From NCBI GenBank assembly GCA_030390025.1, contig CM059434.1, positions 122,512,001-122,576,000 of the forward strand: a stretch of 64,000 nucleotides of DNA. The letters are read 5' to 3'. The position numbers were made by a program, and so were the translations under genes. This document shows, piece by piece, positions 49,603 through 63,954 of this stretch; the first letter of the stretch is position 1, and the number at the start of each line of letters is the position of its first letter. The DNA comes from Squalus acanthias. Its lineage: Eukaryota. The notes under the pieces are model-generated. The model was not told where the DNA came from and did not search any database. It saw only the letters and a program-made list of their open reading frames with translations.

Positions 49603-50807
49603 AAATCAGTCGAGTGATTAGGTGACACCAAGTTTGGATTTAACATCCTGAAGATTGTAGTAACACTGAGTTAAGAGCAAGTATGAGTTGATAGTAATGG
49701 TCCATTCCTTCAAAATAGAATCATAATCTGCTCTCTTTATTTTTAACAGAAGTTTCAGTTAATAGGTATTTTTCAGGAAGTTGACACTGAAACTTTAGTC
49801 CGTTCCTTCAATAGGTACAACTTTGTGTGTAAATAAAAAGCATTCAAGTGATTTGATTTACAGTCTGTGTTGTGCTGACTTCAATGTGAAGAAGGGCACA
49901 GAAGTATTTACTTAATGTTTGTTATTTACAAGTTCAGACTCAGCCATGGATAACATGGGATCTTCCAGTCCGTTGTGCGGTTGATTGTGACATCTGCAGA
50001 AACTCTGAAATCAGCATGTGATATAAAGAGCAGACTGAATGGACTTTACACTGTAAATGTAAAAAGTGATTCTTCTGAAATGCTGTAACCTGATTATACC
50101 TTCATGTACAGTTACTGTTGAATGGCATTTTATCAAAGTTAAAGTGGCTATTTTTTCTTGCAGGTAGGCAGTAAGATTTACTGGCAGCCAAAGGTAGTCA
50201 CTGTCTCTATTGCAGCTGTTGTCCAGTTAGGAATGCAAGGGGTCTATATAAATTTGCAGAAATTTTATTTATTTCTCTTTTTATTTCTCTCTCAGTATAG
50301 TTTACTAGATGGAACAGAATGGTGTAAAGGCATTTAGTAGAAACATACTAATTTTACACCATATATTTGGTTGTTTTAACACCTGAAATTTGAGTGGGAG
50401 AAACGGGTCGGAGAAGCATCTGGCCCAACAGTGAAGTTCAGGAATGTAGCAAATAAATTCTGTTCCCCAAATCTTCAATTGTAATAACTTCATATGTTTT
50501 ACCTGAATAACTTACCAACATGATTCCAGCCATTTTGAGGACAAGGACAGCTTGATTTGTGCTGGTCACGTCACTGCACCTGTTTTCAGAACTGTAAATT
50601 ACATCAGATTACCCGCAATTCATGTAATCCACCCATTCCAGTATTAAACTATTACCACTTGTGTAGATGTCAAGTGGAAAATGGTATTATGGGCAGAGGT
50701 CAGATAACATCCACAAATCAGGCAAGATGTCTGTCTACAGCTGGAAAAGCAGGCCCCAAAATGTTCTCGATGGGAAACTTTGCTCTTTGATACTTTGGTT
50801 TGTGTGC

Positions 50808-51165
50808 AACAGCTTGCATCAGTTGGTAGTGCTGTTGCCTCTGCATCACAAGGTTGAGAGTTTGAGCCCCAACCCTTGACTTGAGCGCATGTTCTGGCCC
50901 GGCATTCCAATACTGCATTGATAGAAGTGCTGTCATTCGGATGAAACAGTAAACCAAGTCCCATTTTTCTGTTCTGGTGATTCAGATGGATGTTAAAGTT
51001 TATGTGGCACTATTTAAAGAAGAGCCAAGATGTCCTGGCCAACATTCCTTTCTTAAACAACACTCCTTCCTCAACCAATACCACCAAGAAAAGGTCAATC
51101 ACCTGCTGTTTGTGGGATGTTGCTGCCACAGAATGGCTGCCACACTTGCTTACATAACTGTACTT
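50808..51165 (+). mobile_element. Older, diverged Deu-domain SINE
   Basis: CAGTTGGTAG...GCCTCTG...GTGCTGTCATTCGGATGAAACAGTAAACC...GGCACTATTTAAAGAAGAGC...TGCTGTTTGTGGGAT. Confidence 0.75.
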
Positions 51166-54100
51166 TAACTGAAATCTATTGTTTAATATTTACTTTAAAA
51201 AAAGGTCTGGATTTAAAGTTAAAGTCTTGAATATTTGACTTAAATTAATACAAATTCAGCATTAATATTTGTTTAATCAGTTAGGAATGAAGCCATCTCC
51301 AGGGATTGCTGCTGAACCAGACAGAGCTGTATGAGCAGTTTACAGTTGAAGCTAAAGTATGCCATGGGTTAATAATTGTTACTAATTCTGCTCCCTCAGA
51401 TCGTCAGACACAGTGACTCTTGTAAACCAGTTATTCTTTGGTGTCATCAGCATTTGTTTAAACAAAAAGGCCCATTTTTAAAAAAAAAGGAAGCTGACAA
51501 TTCCTTGTTACAGTTTTATATTTTTAAAATTGACTTTAATGGGATTATGATAGTGACATTCTTTAAGAAACTGATATTTCTTCTGCCAGGACTATGCCAG
51601 GTGTCATAGTAAAGATCATGAAATGAGTCTCTTTGAAATCTAATGTAGGGTATTGTGTCAGTTTATTAAGTTTTATTTGTAGAGCAGGTATGGTGTTGAA
51701 ACTGACGATAATGGCACCAACAGCCACACTAGATTATAATGCTAGGCAAATTTACACTGTGAACTTTCTGTATTCTCTGTGAAGTGACCTTCAACAATTC
51801 TTCGGCAACTATTCGAAATATATTTTATCAAATCTTCAGATAATGTGTAATTAGATTCCAGAGCTGAACTGTATGTGATTTTGATTTGTAACGTAGTGTC
51901 TGATTCATCTGCAGCAGGCAATTAAGAAATGGAGCATAATGTTATGGTTGTATTTTTGAGGCTACAATTTATTTTTCCCCACACCTATTATGTTATCTTC
52001 TTTCATATTTTTCATCCATTTCTTTCCAAGTGTTTTTAACTGTTTAAATATTTCTGAAGCATGACCCTTTGTTCTCATCAGCTGATACTAAAAGTCTCGT
52101 AATTGCATTTAGACATAATTTCCAACTTCCCAGTGCAAGATGGAAAAGCTAGGAAACAGAGTAATTATGTTGTTTATTTAATAATAATTCCAGTCCTTTA
52201 CCTAAATTTATGCTTGAAATAATAATCTTCCGGTCTTAGTTACACTTTTGACCACATATTTGCCCAGATAGACTCATCCAGATATTAACTTAGCTTAAAA
52301 ACAGCATAGTTTCCCTTTTTTTTGTTATTGAGAATAACATTTATATTTGAATTTTGACTTCAAATGCTTGGATCAACATTTTAGAACTGACAGTTACCTC
52401 CGTGACACAGTTCAAATCTTTGTCATTTTTTAAAAACCTATTTTACATTAAAAATGCGAAGGGAGATTTATGGGTATTATAGTAGTACAGCAGGAAAAAC
52501 TGCCTGGTTATTCCGGCATCTATGCAAACCTTTGACGGTGTGAAACAGAGCCTTGCAATGGGTCTAGTTTGCACCAAATCAGAGTACAAGAATTGGCCTT
52601 AATATACTGGGTACTGTATTTGGGCTCTGATCTGGAAAAACGCATTGTAAGCATGGCATTTTGTTACCGTTTATGGTCCTGATTTCTGCTATCGCTGCTT
52701 TTAATTAGAACGTGCATTTTTTAGGTTTTAAGTCACAAAACAGTTTTGGTTTCAAACTTACCTTTTCAGCAATAAACAAGTATCACACTGTTTACTCTGT
52801 TACGGAACTCCTTGAAATTTGAATAAGGATAGTCTCTAATCTGTTTTTTAACAACAAGTCTTTGAGCGACTCCTTAAAGATTTTTATTGGTATGGCTCAA
52901 GGTATTTTAATAATTAACATACCCCACTTCATTAATAGCTGCAGAATTATCTTCTTATCTGTAAGAATGTACTACAATATGATTTTTTAAAAACTCAATT
53001 TAACTGGCCACGATATTTGTCTTCTGTTAATCTGTATCTATATAGTTCTAGAAGTATTCAGTTTGGAAAAAATGCTCTAGTATTTTTTACATATATAAAA
53101 ATTTCCTATTTGTATAGATCCTGTTTTTTGTTTCTTTAATTCCTATAGCCTGGAAGTTTGCTCCTCCCAAAAAGAAACTCTTCTATAAATGCTGTACATG
53201 AATGAACATAAATATTTCTAAGTATAATATACTGGAAGAGTACAATGTAAATCATCTGCTGGGTTATTTATTTCCCTTCCCTCTACTTCTCACTTTTTTG
53301 GAAAGACTTTAAATTGAAAAGTTGAAGCTCTGCATGTTTATTTCAGGAAAGAAATGTAACGTTAACTTTCTTGTAAATATGTCACTGACTGTTCTACAGA
53401 AATATGTTTTTTATACAAGATATTCCACATTGGAGCACTGATGTGCAGTGTCAGAGCAGTGGGGTCAGGTAGCAATCCAAAGCGGAGCTGGGAAAATAAG
53501 AGGGAGAGTTTCTCCCAGGCCACTGTAACGTGCCTCCTTAATAGCTGGTTCAGAGTGCCATTGGGGGAAAGTTTTGTTGGGAGACCAGGAGGTTGAGAAG
53601 CAAATAAAGGTATCCCATACACTCTCAATAAGTACGAACAAAAATGAATTACTTGCAGTATGTATATCACCAAAGTTAATGATGCAGAAATTGGCAATAA
53701 AATAAATAATTTAAAAAAATAAAAGACTTTATCAATTTGAAAATGCAGATTATTTTACTACAAATTTTATTTGTATCTATACTTTAAAAATAAAGTTTGG
53801 GTTAAGTATATAAGTTTTGAAGAAGTTGGAATGATTTGGTATTTTGAGGATAAAAGGAGCTAAGTCTAATTGGAGTAATTCTGTTAAATCACTGCTGTAT
53901 TGAAGTTTTTTTAATATACAAATAATGTATTTCATTAATTTTAGTGTATCGGATTCAACTTTAAATAGATAAAACAAACAGACACCTTTTTAAAAAAAAA
54001 ACACAATCCTCTAATGGTAATTGACAATATCAAAGTGATGACCAGGATTTGTGACGGTGGGTGTTTTTGAGTAGATTTATGATTGAAAGGGCTGAGGGAG

Positions 54101-57100
54101 AAAATCAGGAACTCAAACATATTATTCCCCCTTTCTGAACAACATAGAAGCTTTTCTTCCCCTCTCAACCAAAAATAAGAAAGGGCTATAGTTGATAAGC
54201 CAAGTGGTATTGGGTCTAACTATTTATCACAGCAGTCTTGACAATTTCACATTTCCACTTAATTTTCTCACCTGGAGTATTACTTTTTAAAATACATTTT
54301 TCTCACAATACATTTGTACAAATTCTGTTTTATTTATTAGAGATGTGTATGAGCTGCAGCACTTCAAATAGTTTTTCTTTAAATGTTCTCAGTTGAGCCT
54401 GGAACAAGGGGAGGGTTTATTGTTTTGAGATCTGCTGAGGGACTAAAAGCACTTCAAGCGTGGAGACTAAAGGAGCTGATTTGGGGAGGGGGGGGAAATA
54501 GCTTTATTTTTCTTTTTGCAATTTTTTTCTGAAATTTTAATTGTTTAGAAATTGCAGTTGTAATTACAACAACTTGCAAGTGGACATTTGCGAGCTGGTG
54601 TCTGGGGCAGAACAGTGTCTGTACAGTTTCACATGCCAGTACATGCTGCTGCATGCAGTATGACTAGATGACATCCATTGTCATTCAGCCGTTTCTTTCT
54701 CATGGAGATGCCAGACACCAGGCGCCAGTCTGTTTGGTCTTTTCACCGTGATTGCTGCAAGAATGCCAGCCCACTACATGGATGGCACGTAACCAGCAGA
54801 TAAGTGGAAGCATGTAATACAAATTAGGCACATTGTCATATCTTTAAAAAAATGCTGTTACCGTGCTGTGGTATGTGTTTGCTACATGGGGGTCTAACAA
54901 TTTTTTTTTAAAGTTTTTACACAACTCATTTAAAGAGTGACTTAAAGTCTCTGGTTTATAATAGAACTCTTTCAACTTTTACTTCCTATTAAAATGTTTT
55001 TTAATACATGGGATTTTATGAAGAACCCTTTTTAAAATGAAAGCAAATTCATTAATAATAGAAAATATTATCTTTTTAATCTCTTACTGCGGACTTAACT
55101 CTGCTTTTCAGGTGGATTCTATTTCATTATTTGTGTAAGACAGCTGTTCTCTTTATTGTTCTATGTGGAATACTTTGATTTTGTTCAAGGTATTGCTTTG
55201 TCTATAAAAAAAATACTAACACGACTTATTTTTCCCTCAAGCTATAACTTAACCTTATGCTGCATTTTATGGTGTTTTCATTTCAGTATGGGATGGTATT
55301 GTTCGTTCTCAGAATGATGCAGTACTTATTCCCAGCATTTCTATCCATTTAGAAATTCTGTCCAATGTTTACCTGTCGGAGTCCACATTTGTAATACTTA
55401 TCTCGTCGCTCTGGAGTTCATATATTTTGCTCACTTGTTACATTTGGCAGTTAAGAATTGAACTCAATTTACAAAATATTCTTGCATTGTCAATGCAGGA
55501 TTATTCAAAAATTTCTAATGAAACTTCAAAATTTCCTAGAATTTTTAAAGAGTCTCTTCATTGAGTTTTACTGCTTAAAGAAAGGAATTGCAACTTCAAA
55601 CTTTTTATGCTTAATGCCATTTTGGTATTTTTTTCAATTTTATGACAACTGGTCTGAGCAATGTGGTAAAAAAATTTTGCTGTAACAGATGAAATTGTCA
55701 TCACATTAGGATATCCAGTCGGGAAAATGCATTCTGGTATTGTATGCAGGCCATTGGTTTCTTCAAAGTTTTATTTGGAAAATACAGAAAATTTGCTGTT
55801 TGGTTCAGTGCATTTAAAGACAGCTAACATTAGAAATACTCCAAACGGTATTTTGCTTGTGCTGTTACACAATGGAAAGACTATATATTTCAAAGGTTGG
55901 GTAGAAATATGGTCCCAGTGGGTTATATTTTAATCAAACATTGTGGGGGGAGTGAATTTAATGGGGAAAGCATTTCAGTTCCCCAAAAAAGTTCCCATGG
56001 TGACAAAAGCTCATGAAGTGATGAAGCTGTCCATTCAAAACCTGGATTTGTTTGAATTATATCTTATTCGGAATAAGGCCCCTTAAGTCCCTCAGTTCTG
56101 TGTTATGCTTTCGGCTTTTTTTTATGCCTTGTTTACCTCTATTTTGTAAATGTATTTTGGATTAGTAGCCAAATGTCCGTTAGATGAAATCACAAATAAT
56201 TACACTAGATAGTCCCCATTATTTTCATCAAGGTTTTAAATGCATTGTAAGCACGTAAGCATGCTTTTTTCTTCAAACTGTACAAGCCTTTGAAGTGCAG
56301 ATGAAACATGGTTCTTTTGCCACAGTGACGGTGATTTTATAAAATTACAAGCTGGTAGCAATTGAAATGCAGTGGAAATAATTTTTTCCATTGATCTTAG
56401 CAAGTAAATGATTTTTAAATTATTTTTTTTCTTCCTCCCTTTTTGAGGCAGAAGTTTCAGTGCTATTGTCGTTGGATCTTAAGACCCCTAAATTTCTTTG
56501 ACCTTTCATATGAACCCATCCTGAACGTAAACATTTTCTTGACACAGTTAGAAAAGGGGCCAGCAGATCTGGAGAGTATTAGTGGCGCTATATTTTGAGG
56601 GAAGTGAGGTCCCCAGGTAATTCTTTCGAGTTCCTTTCCAAGCCACAGTACGTTTAGGCTACATTTTTTTTAAAGTAGCATATAGGGTTCACTGCCAATG
56701 CCTCTACAGCTTTTTGAACTGTGATTAGTAGAAAACTTAATTAGCCTTTGCCTCTGCCATGAACCTGGGCCTATACAGTATAACTTCAATACAGTCTTTG
56801 TATATTTGATTTCCAGTAAAAACTTGGCTGCTAATTTCTTGCAGTCTAACTGATGCCAAAATGTAAATTGAAAACAATGTAGTGCCGAGAGTCTATATTG
56901 CCCTTTAGGAACTGAGTTTTCTTTTGCAATTTACTTCAAAATAAATCTGGTTTTCAGTTCAAATATAGAACCTCCCCCCTAATTTCATAATGTCTGGAGC
57001 AGTGATAATTACACAATTAAGTATTGAGATTAAACAACCTCTGTTGAATGGTATTCCTCTCCCAGATTCCCTTTCCTCCTCCTCTTCCCCCCCCCCAAGT

Positions 57101-59321
57101 CAATGCAGTTTGTGAATCTGAAAAGAAAGTAAGAACAATTTCATAATGTAACAAAAGACTTGGCCCTATTTTAAATCAAAGTTGTTCACTCCCCTTTTTT
57201 CCCCTCCGTGCAATATTGGGAAAATGGAGCAAAGACTTTGAATGTCTTTTTGATCTGAAGACCAAAAGGCAGAACATGATGCAAAAAACTCATTGGGAGT
57301 CCATCTTGGAGGGCAAAATCTCCCGTTACTAAGGGGCTTATGTAAATAACCATATTCAATTAACTGGGTTAGATTTACACAAGAAACAATGGGAAACAGT
57401 TGGTACTTTCCTTGGATTTTTTTAATGGGACAACCAGTACTATTCACTATTGAAGTAATCAGTATTCTCAAAATGTATACTGGAGGATCGTGACATTCAT
57501 CATTGAAAATCCAGATAGAAACTGTTTAAAATTTGTTCATTTTAACTGCCATTGATGTCAGCTGTAGAACAGTGCATACTTTGCTTTATCTGAATCAATC
57601 TGGATATTTTAAGGACAGTACATTGTTTACGGTTTGAATATTCTCCCTTTGTCATTTTAAAGACTTAAATTTACACGGCAAATAACTTTTTACTAAAGGT
57701 TAAAAAAAAAAAATCGTAAAGCAGCGTGAAAGGATTCTTATTTTAAATAAACACGGCTGAGGAATAATTTGCTGATAACCCAACCAATCCAATGTGGCAA
57801 CCCTGACAACGAGTTCACAGAGCCATAGCAGGACTTGAAAGGAAAAGGATGTTTTCTAAAAAAAAAATCAGTGGCACATATGAAAGAAGAACTGAAGGAA
57901 ACAAGTAAAATCAAAGAAATATTGAGATCTAAAGCCAGAACATTTTAGGTTTGAATAATGTGTGCTGGAACTTTGAAATTTTTACAGCTAACCAACCCTG
58001 ACTTAATAAACTCTTTTTTTAATTGTTTGCAGAAGAGAAGTACAGTAGCCAAAGTCTCAAGAAGTTTCAATGCTGCACAGCATTTTATAAGTCCATAATT
58101 TAACGGATAATTCTTTCTATAATTTCCAGGTTTGTAATGATTTAATAGCATAATAAGAAATCCTAACTTTTTTATTTAAAGCTGCTACAAGTTGTATCCT
58201 GAATCGTGGTCAGTTATTAATGTTTGAGTGACTTCTTTTTAACTCAACATGAGATACTGTTTTTTAAACAATGCAAGAATTTCTAGGTATTTAATCAGTC
58301 CATACCATATATAATAGTGTACTCGTTCTGTTTTTGTCGGTATTGTTCTATGCTTTTATACTTCAAAAAAGCTACATCTAAACATTGTATCTTCAAGAAT
58401 ATTGCACCAAATTTCAAAGTTGTCCCTAGCATTCAACAGTTTATATTCTGGCCTATTCTAGGTCTGTGTGCTCCAGATCTGCATTCTCCCTCTCCACACC
58501 CTCTTGTGCTATTCATTGCAGCTTTTGAACCAAAGCATGGTTGGCCCATCCATTTGGGAAGATCTGAACTTTAGAAAGGACTCTAGTAGCAGTCTGTAGA
58601 CAAAGATTGTATCTATCATGCTCCCATGTCTAAAGAACCAGACAAACCTCTCTTCTACAAAAACACCAAAGATTCACATCATGGAATCTCTCTGGCATCT
58701 CCTGTTGGTGTAGGGAGTGGGAATTTTTAAGGAAAGAGAGGATTATGAAGAGGGAGGCACAAGAGAGTAGTATGTAAGATATGAGCTCAAAATTTACAAG
58801 GGTCGTACTAGGTCTGAATGTTGCACCTCCAGAAGCCCCCACAATGACAGTAGAATTTGTTGCGACTCGGGTGCTCTCCATATAATTTTTCTCAGGCTTA
58901 GAAGAAAGGACCACTTCTACAGCCAAGCCCATATTTCCTGTGAACCCAAACATGGGCTTATGCACACATTAATCTGGGTGAACTATAAATCTTATCTTGC
59001 TGGTAACTTCCCTGAATGTGGTATAAACTGATAGCTGAACAAATACCATGCTTCACAGACCATGCAAATCAGGTTTATTAAAAAATAGAAAACTAGTAGA
59101 ATCAATAGTCAACTAACAGCCTAACGATAAATCAGGGTGGTTTACTTGACTTACACAAATCTGTTTCAAAATAAAATACCTTGAAACTTTCATATTTTCT
59201 CATAACTTGGACCACACATCTCTGAGGAAAAGGTTATACGTTAACCTGGTTATTCATCAAGTCCTTTGGTCTGCTGCCCAGGCCTTATAAGAACTGACCC
59301 GAACTAGAAATAGAAGGAAAA

Positions 59322-59706
59322 AAAGAACTTGTATTTATATAGCACCTTTCACAAGTTCAGGACGTCCCAAAGTGCTTTACAGCCAATTAAGTACTTTTGA
59401 AATGTATTCACTGTTGTACTGTAGGGAACTTGTGCATAGCAAGGTCCCACAAAACAGCAATGAGATAAATGACCAGATAATCTCCCTTGCTCCTCTTTGA
59501 AAAGTGGCATGGGATCTTTTACATCCACCCGAGAGGGCAGCTAGGGTCTTAATTTAACATTTCATCACTTCCGACCGTGCAGCACTCCCTCAGTACTGCT
59601 CTGAAATGTCAGCCTAGGTTATGTGCCCAAGTATCTGGGGTGGGGCTTGAACCCAGAAACTTCTGACTCGGAGACAAGAGTGCTACCACTGAGCCAAGGC
59701 TGACAC
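59322..59706 (-). mobile_element. Deu-domain SINE with internal deletions
   Basis: Reverse complement of the 14470 family; head ...CCACTGAGCCAAGGCTGACAC. Confidence 0.88.
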
Positions 59707-59954
59707 TTGGGTAAAGTGTGCCAAACAGGCTACAGAGCTGTCTATTGAAACAGACTTCAAAGATATCAATGCCCTCCATCTCAGAAATCTGTCTCAAGCT
59801 GTTCATCCATTTCCAGGACAAAGCAGGGCTGCGTATTTGATAAACAGAGCTCCCCGTTGAGACACACATCGTAGCTGGTGACCCTTCTAAGTATCAGTGG
59901 ATTTTCAGCGTTTTGTCCTAACCATCTAAAATTAATGCAATGCTTGATATTCAT

Positions 59955-60160
59955 AGATGAGAAGTCGCACAACACCAGGTTATAGTCCAACAGTTTTATT
60001 TGAAATCACGAGCTTTCGGAGCGCTGCTCCTTCGTCAGGTAAAGTCAGGAGCAGCGCTCCGAAAACTCGTGATTTCAAATAAAACTGTTGGACTATAACC
60101 TGGTGTTGTGCGACTTCTCATTTTTGTCCACCCCAGTCCAACACCGGCATCTCCGCATCA
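59955..60160. mobile_element. Penelope-derived foldback element (family 2)
   Basis: 75-bp arms 59957-60031 and 60047-60121, 1 mismatch, 15-nt loop; flanked by TGATATTC at 59945-59952 and 60161-60168 (possible TSD). Confidence 0.8.
60005..60043 (-). ncRNA. Minimal type I hammerhead ribozyme core (Penelope-type), predicted
   Basis: Minus strand UUAC-CUGACGA-A-GGAGC-AGC-GCUCC-GAAA-GCUC-GUGA: both conserved boxes, 5-bp stem II, palindromic AGCU in place of stem III, 4-bp stem I (one G-U). Confidence 0.65.
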
Positions 60161-60169
60161 TGATATTCC

Positions 60170-61085
60170 TGTGCCAGTTCTTTGGCAGAGCTATCCAATT
60201 AATCCCACTTCCCTGCTCTTTCCCCACAGCCCTGTAAATGTTTTCCCTTCAAGTATGTATCCAATTCTCTTTTGAATGTTACTATTGAATCCGCTTCCGC
60301 TACCCTTTAAGGCAGCGCATTCCAGATCATCACAACTCGCTGTGTTTTTAAAAAAAAGTTTCTTCACGTCGTCTCTGGTTCTTTTGTCAAATCGCCTTAA
60401 ATCTGTGCACTCTGGTTACCGACCCTTCTGCCACTGGAAACAGTTTCTCCTTATTTACTCTATTAAAACCGTTCATGATTTTGAACACCTCTATCAAATT
60501 CCCTCTTAACCTTCTCTTCATAACTGAAGATCCTCATACCTGGTACTATTCTAGTAAATCTCTTCTGTACCCTGTCCAAGGCCTTGACATTGTTCCTAAA
60601 GTCTGGTGCCCAGAACTGAACACAATACTCCAGCTGAGGCCTAACCAGTGTTTTATAAAGGTTTAGCATAACTTCCTTGCTTTTGTACTCTATTCCTCTC
60701 TTAATAAAACCAAGGATCCCATATACTTTTTTAACAGCCTTCTCAACTTGTCCTGCCATCTTCAAAGACTTGTGTACATACACCCCCCGGTCTCTCTCTT
60801 CCTGCACCTCCTTTAAAATTGTACCATTTAGTTCATATTGCTGCTCCTCATTCTTCCTATCAAAATGCATCACTTCACACTTAACCTGCATTAAATTTCA
60901 TCTGCCATGTGTCTGCCCATTTCACCGGCCTGTCTATGCCCTCCTGAAGTCTGTTACTATCCTCCTCATTGTTTACTACATTTCCCAGTTTCTTATTGTC
61001 TGCAAACTTTGAAATCATGCCCTGTATACCCAAGTCCAGGTCATTAATATATATCAAAAAGAGCAGTGGTCCTAATACTGACCCA
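60170..61085 (-). mobile_element. CR1 LINE RT-to-3' end fragment
   Basis: GSVLGPLLFLIYINDLD...KFADNKKLG...WADTWQMKFN (60881-61096); LYKTLVRPQLEYCVQFWAP (60463-60891). Confidence 0.95.
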
Positions 61086-63954
61086 GAGGTTGCCAACCTC
61101 CTGATCTCGCCAGATTTTTACCGGTTACCAATACTACAGCAATTTGATTTAAATTTTATTCATGAAGTGGCTACTACATTTAACAAATTGGCTCCTGTGG
61201 AGTGCACAGACTGAGGGCTGAACTGTGCTTTCAACATGGCTGTGATGGGCCAGATGCACAAGATCGGGACCTCCACAGTAGTGGTAAACTTACATCAGTG
61301 ACATTGAATCAGATGCATTTCTCCACAGTTGCTGAGTCCCCCCACCCTCCCCAAACCCCCTGTTAACCTTCAGAAGGACCCAGCAGGGACCGGCAGGACA
61401 CTGGTAAAATAAAAAGGGAGAGCGATGCCCTGGCTTTAATATAAAAGCACCTCAAGACACAACCTGTCTTAGAAAGAGCACCTGAAACATGCCTTGGAGA
61501 CAATTGTTTTTACAACCAGTTTCGCTGTTCTTTAATGCGTCCCAATTTTGATCATAAAATTTCAGGTTGTTTAAATCAATTCAGTTAGTGCAATAACACA
61601 GTGTAAATTGGCCGCCATCTCCTAATCAAGTAAACAAAAGAAATCAACTCTTATTCAGGGCTCCGAGTTTATGGTACTGGATAAGTCAATCCTGTTTTCA
61701 TTTCATGGGATTCTTGTATTTTTACGATTGCGTCCCATGATTGTTTTTCCCCCCTCAATTAAATAGCAGTGACCTTGTCTAGAAAATACAGTGGAGTTCT
61801 AATCATAATTAGGGCTATGGTGACTGAGTAAATCAAATTCTGTCAGTTTTTCTGAGAAAACCTTGATTATTCTGTTGCAGAAAAAATATCAGACCGTTTT
61901 TTCAGCGAATTTAACTAAGGAGTACCAGGAAGGATTAATTGCAGAACTTTTATTTTCCTATTTAACAGTTGGGAAACCAAAAAGTAAAAATGTCCGAGCT
62001 TCTAATTGGTAGTGGGAAATGTAGCATACATTAAATGTTTCACCTGAGTGCAAGGCAAATTCCTTGCTGCAAAAAAGGATCATGTACTGTACTATGTCAT
62101 CACTTGTTCAACTATAAAAAGCAATTTGTCATTCCTCACCCTATGTTTATTGTTTACTGTTCTCAGCTTGGCGCCAAGCATTGCAAAAACTACAAGTTAA
62201 AAACATTTTGTTTTGGGGACGAGCACAGTCTGTGGTTTTGCCGTCGCTCCGATCAAAAGGAATCTTTTGTATAAACAATGTGTAGTAGGTTGTGCTTCCT
62301 TGCTGAGGCATATGCATTACAAGCCAACCACAGCAAGATGTGGGTTTGGATGTCCCTTTTGGGTTTCGGTCTGTTGCAGCTTTTTTTTTGCTATACATAC
62401 CATAGTCTTACATTGGTGCCAGTGTGACCTGGGGTAAGTATGCATGTGGTTCCCTAATCATTTGCAGTGGTCCAAATCATTTAGCCTTCTCTCCTGTGAT
62501 GTCATGCCGATCAAATGATTTAGCTGTACATTTTAAGTGCAGCTACTGAGCAAGTCTTCAAAGAGTCACCTTAATGACTGCCTTTTGTGCAACTGAAAAA
62601 TATTAACTCTTTAGGGACGACTGGAACATTCGTGAACGAGATACAGAATAAGTTGAGAAGCATCTGATCACATTAATATCTGCTTTCCGGTGACGCATCT
62701 ATTTTTTGTGCTTGTAGTAATTTTGAAATTATTCTGCCATTACATTTTATGTCGCTTTCTGACAGCAAAATCTTGCTTCCTTTAAAACCAGGTGTCATCG
62801 GTTAGAATCCAAGATGGCTGGCAGCAGCTTTTTGAGACTCCTCCGCTAATAGTACTTCTTACCAGGAAGATCTTGCTACTTTATTTCAGACACAGCACAA
62901 AAAGATCCCATTTCAGTGGTACTTCAGTTTTGTGCCTGGCACTTCAGTTATTTTCCATTCACAATTTTGAAGTCACTGTCATTCATATGTGACCTGCAAT
63001 CAAAATCTGTACCTCTTGGTTTGCCGTGCATAGTCACACACCTATCAATGTAGTAAAACACCTCTACATACTCTAGAGGTGGATTAATTGTTTTTATTCT
63101 CAGGGAGTTCCAGGACACTTGACTGTTTTACTTATTACTGAGGTGACAAGAGTTTGGGCTTTTAAACACGGGTTTGCTTTCAACAGTTGTAGCAGACTCC
63201 CCACGATCAAGCTGTAGCCCTCATAATTCACAAAAGGTACATCTTGGGTGGTGTAGCCCAGGATTAACCCTATTTTGCATTAACGCTGCAATTTATGTAG
63301 CATATCCAATACGGTCTCAGTATATTCAGTAGTGACGATATCATTCAATACCAGATTTATACATGCTAAAATCACTGCCGTTTAAAAAAAAAAAATGTAT
63401 ATAGAGGCAAAGCTACTAGGTATGATACTACATCGCATAAGGCAGTATTTTAAACTACATACATCAGACTGTCCATTAGAGTTCATTATTCAGCAGATAG
63501 TCATTTTTAAAATGCTGTCAATTGAAACAAAACAGTATTCCCTAAAGGTATCATAAGAAGATCTTACAGCCCCAAAATTTCCTGTATATAAAGCATATTT
63601 TGCTTTAAAGATGTTCTCTCCAGACAATACCAACAATCTTGTATTACGATAACATTTGGAATTGGATCATTTTGTTTTGCAAAAATCATAGGTCTGTACT
63701 TCAGTTAATTTATAGCCATTAACATACGCTTTCATGCTAACAATAGCAAATCACTAGACTACATTGCTGGTGAGCAAGTCAAAAGCTCAGATATACCCAG
63801 CAACGTCTGCAAAGATAGTCATACAGTTTGTAACAGCCTGATCAAAATATATTCTGACTTTTGAGAGAAAGGCCTGACACCTCAATTGAAAAGCCCTTAC
63901 CATAATTAACCCTTTGACTGAAGCAATTGTGTCACCCAGGCCAACCGACCAGTT

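Noticed and set aside
52574-52635. Imperfect inverted repeat CCAAATCAGAGTACAA/TTGGGCTCTGATCTGG
   Set aside because: 13 of 16 match and inner pairing is poor.
57790-61100. TGGCAACCCT (~57795) and GGTTGCCAAC (~61088) as hAT termini
   Set aside because: They face outward rather than enclosing one element, and no TSD is visible.
62792-62992. Acceptor-like site plus 66-aa ORF as a host exon
   Set aside because: Peptide unrecognised and no convincing donor; the CAAGATGGC YY1-like word alone is insufficient.
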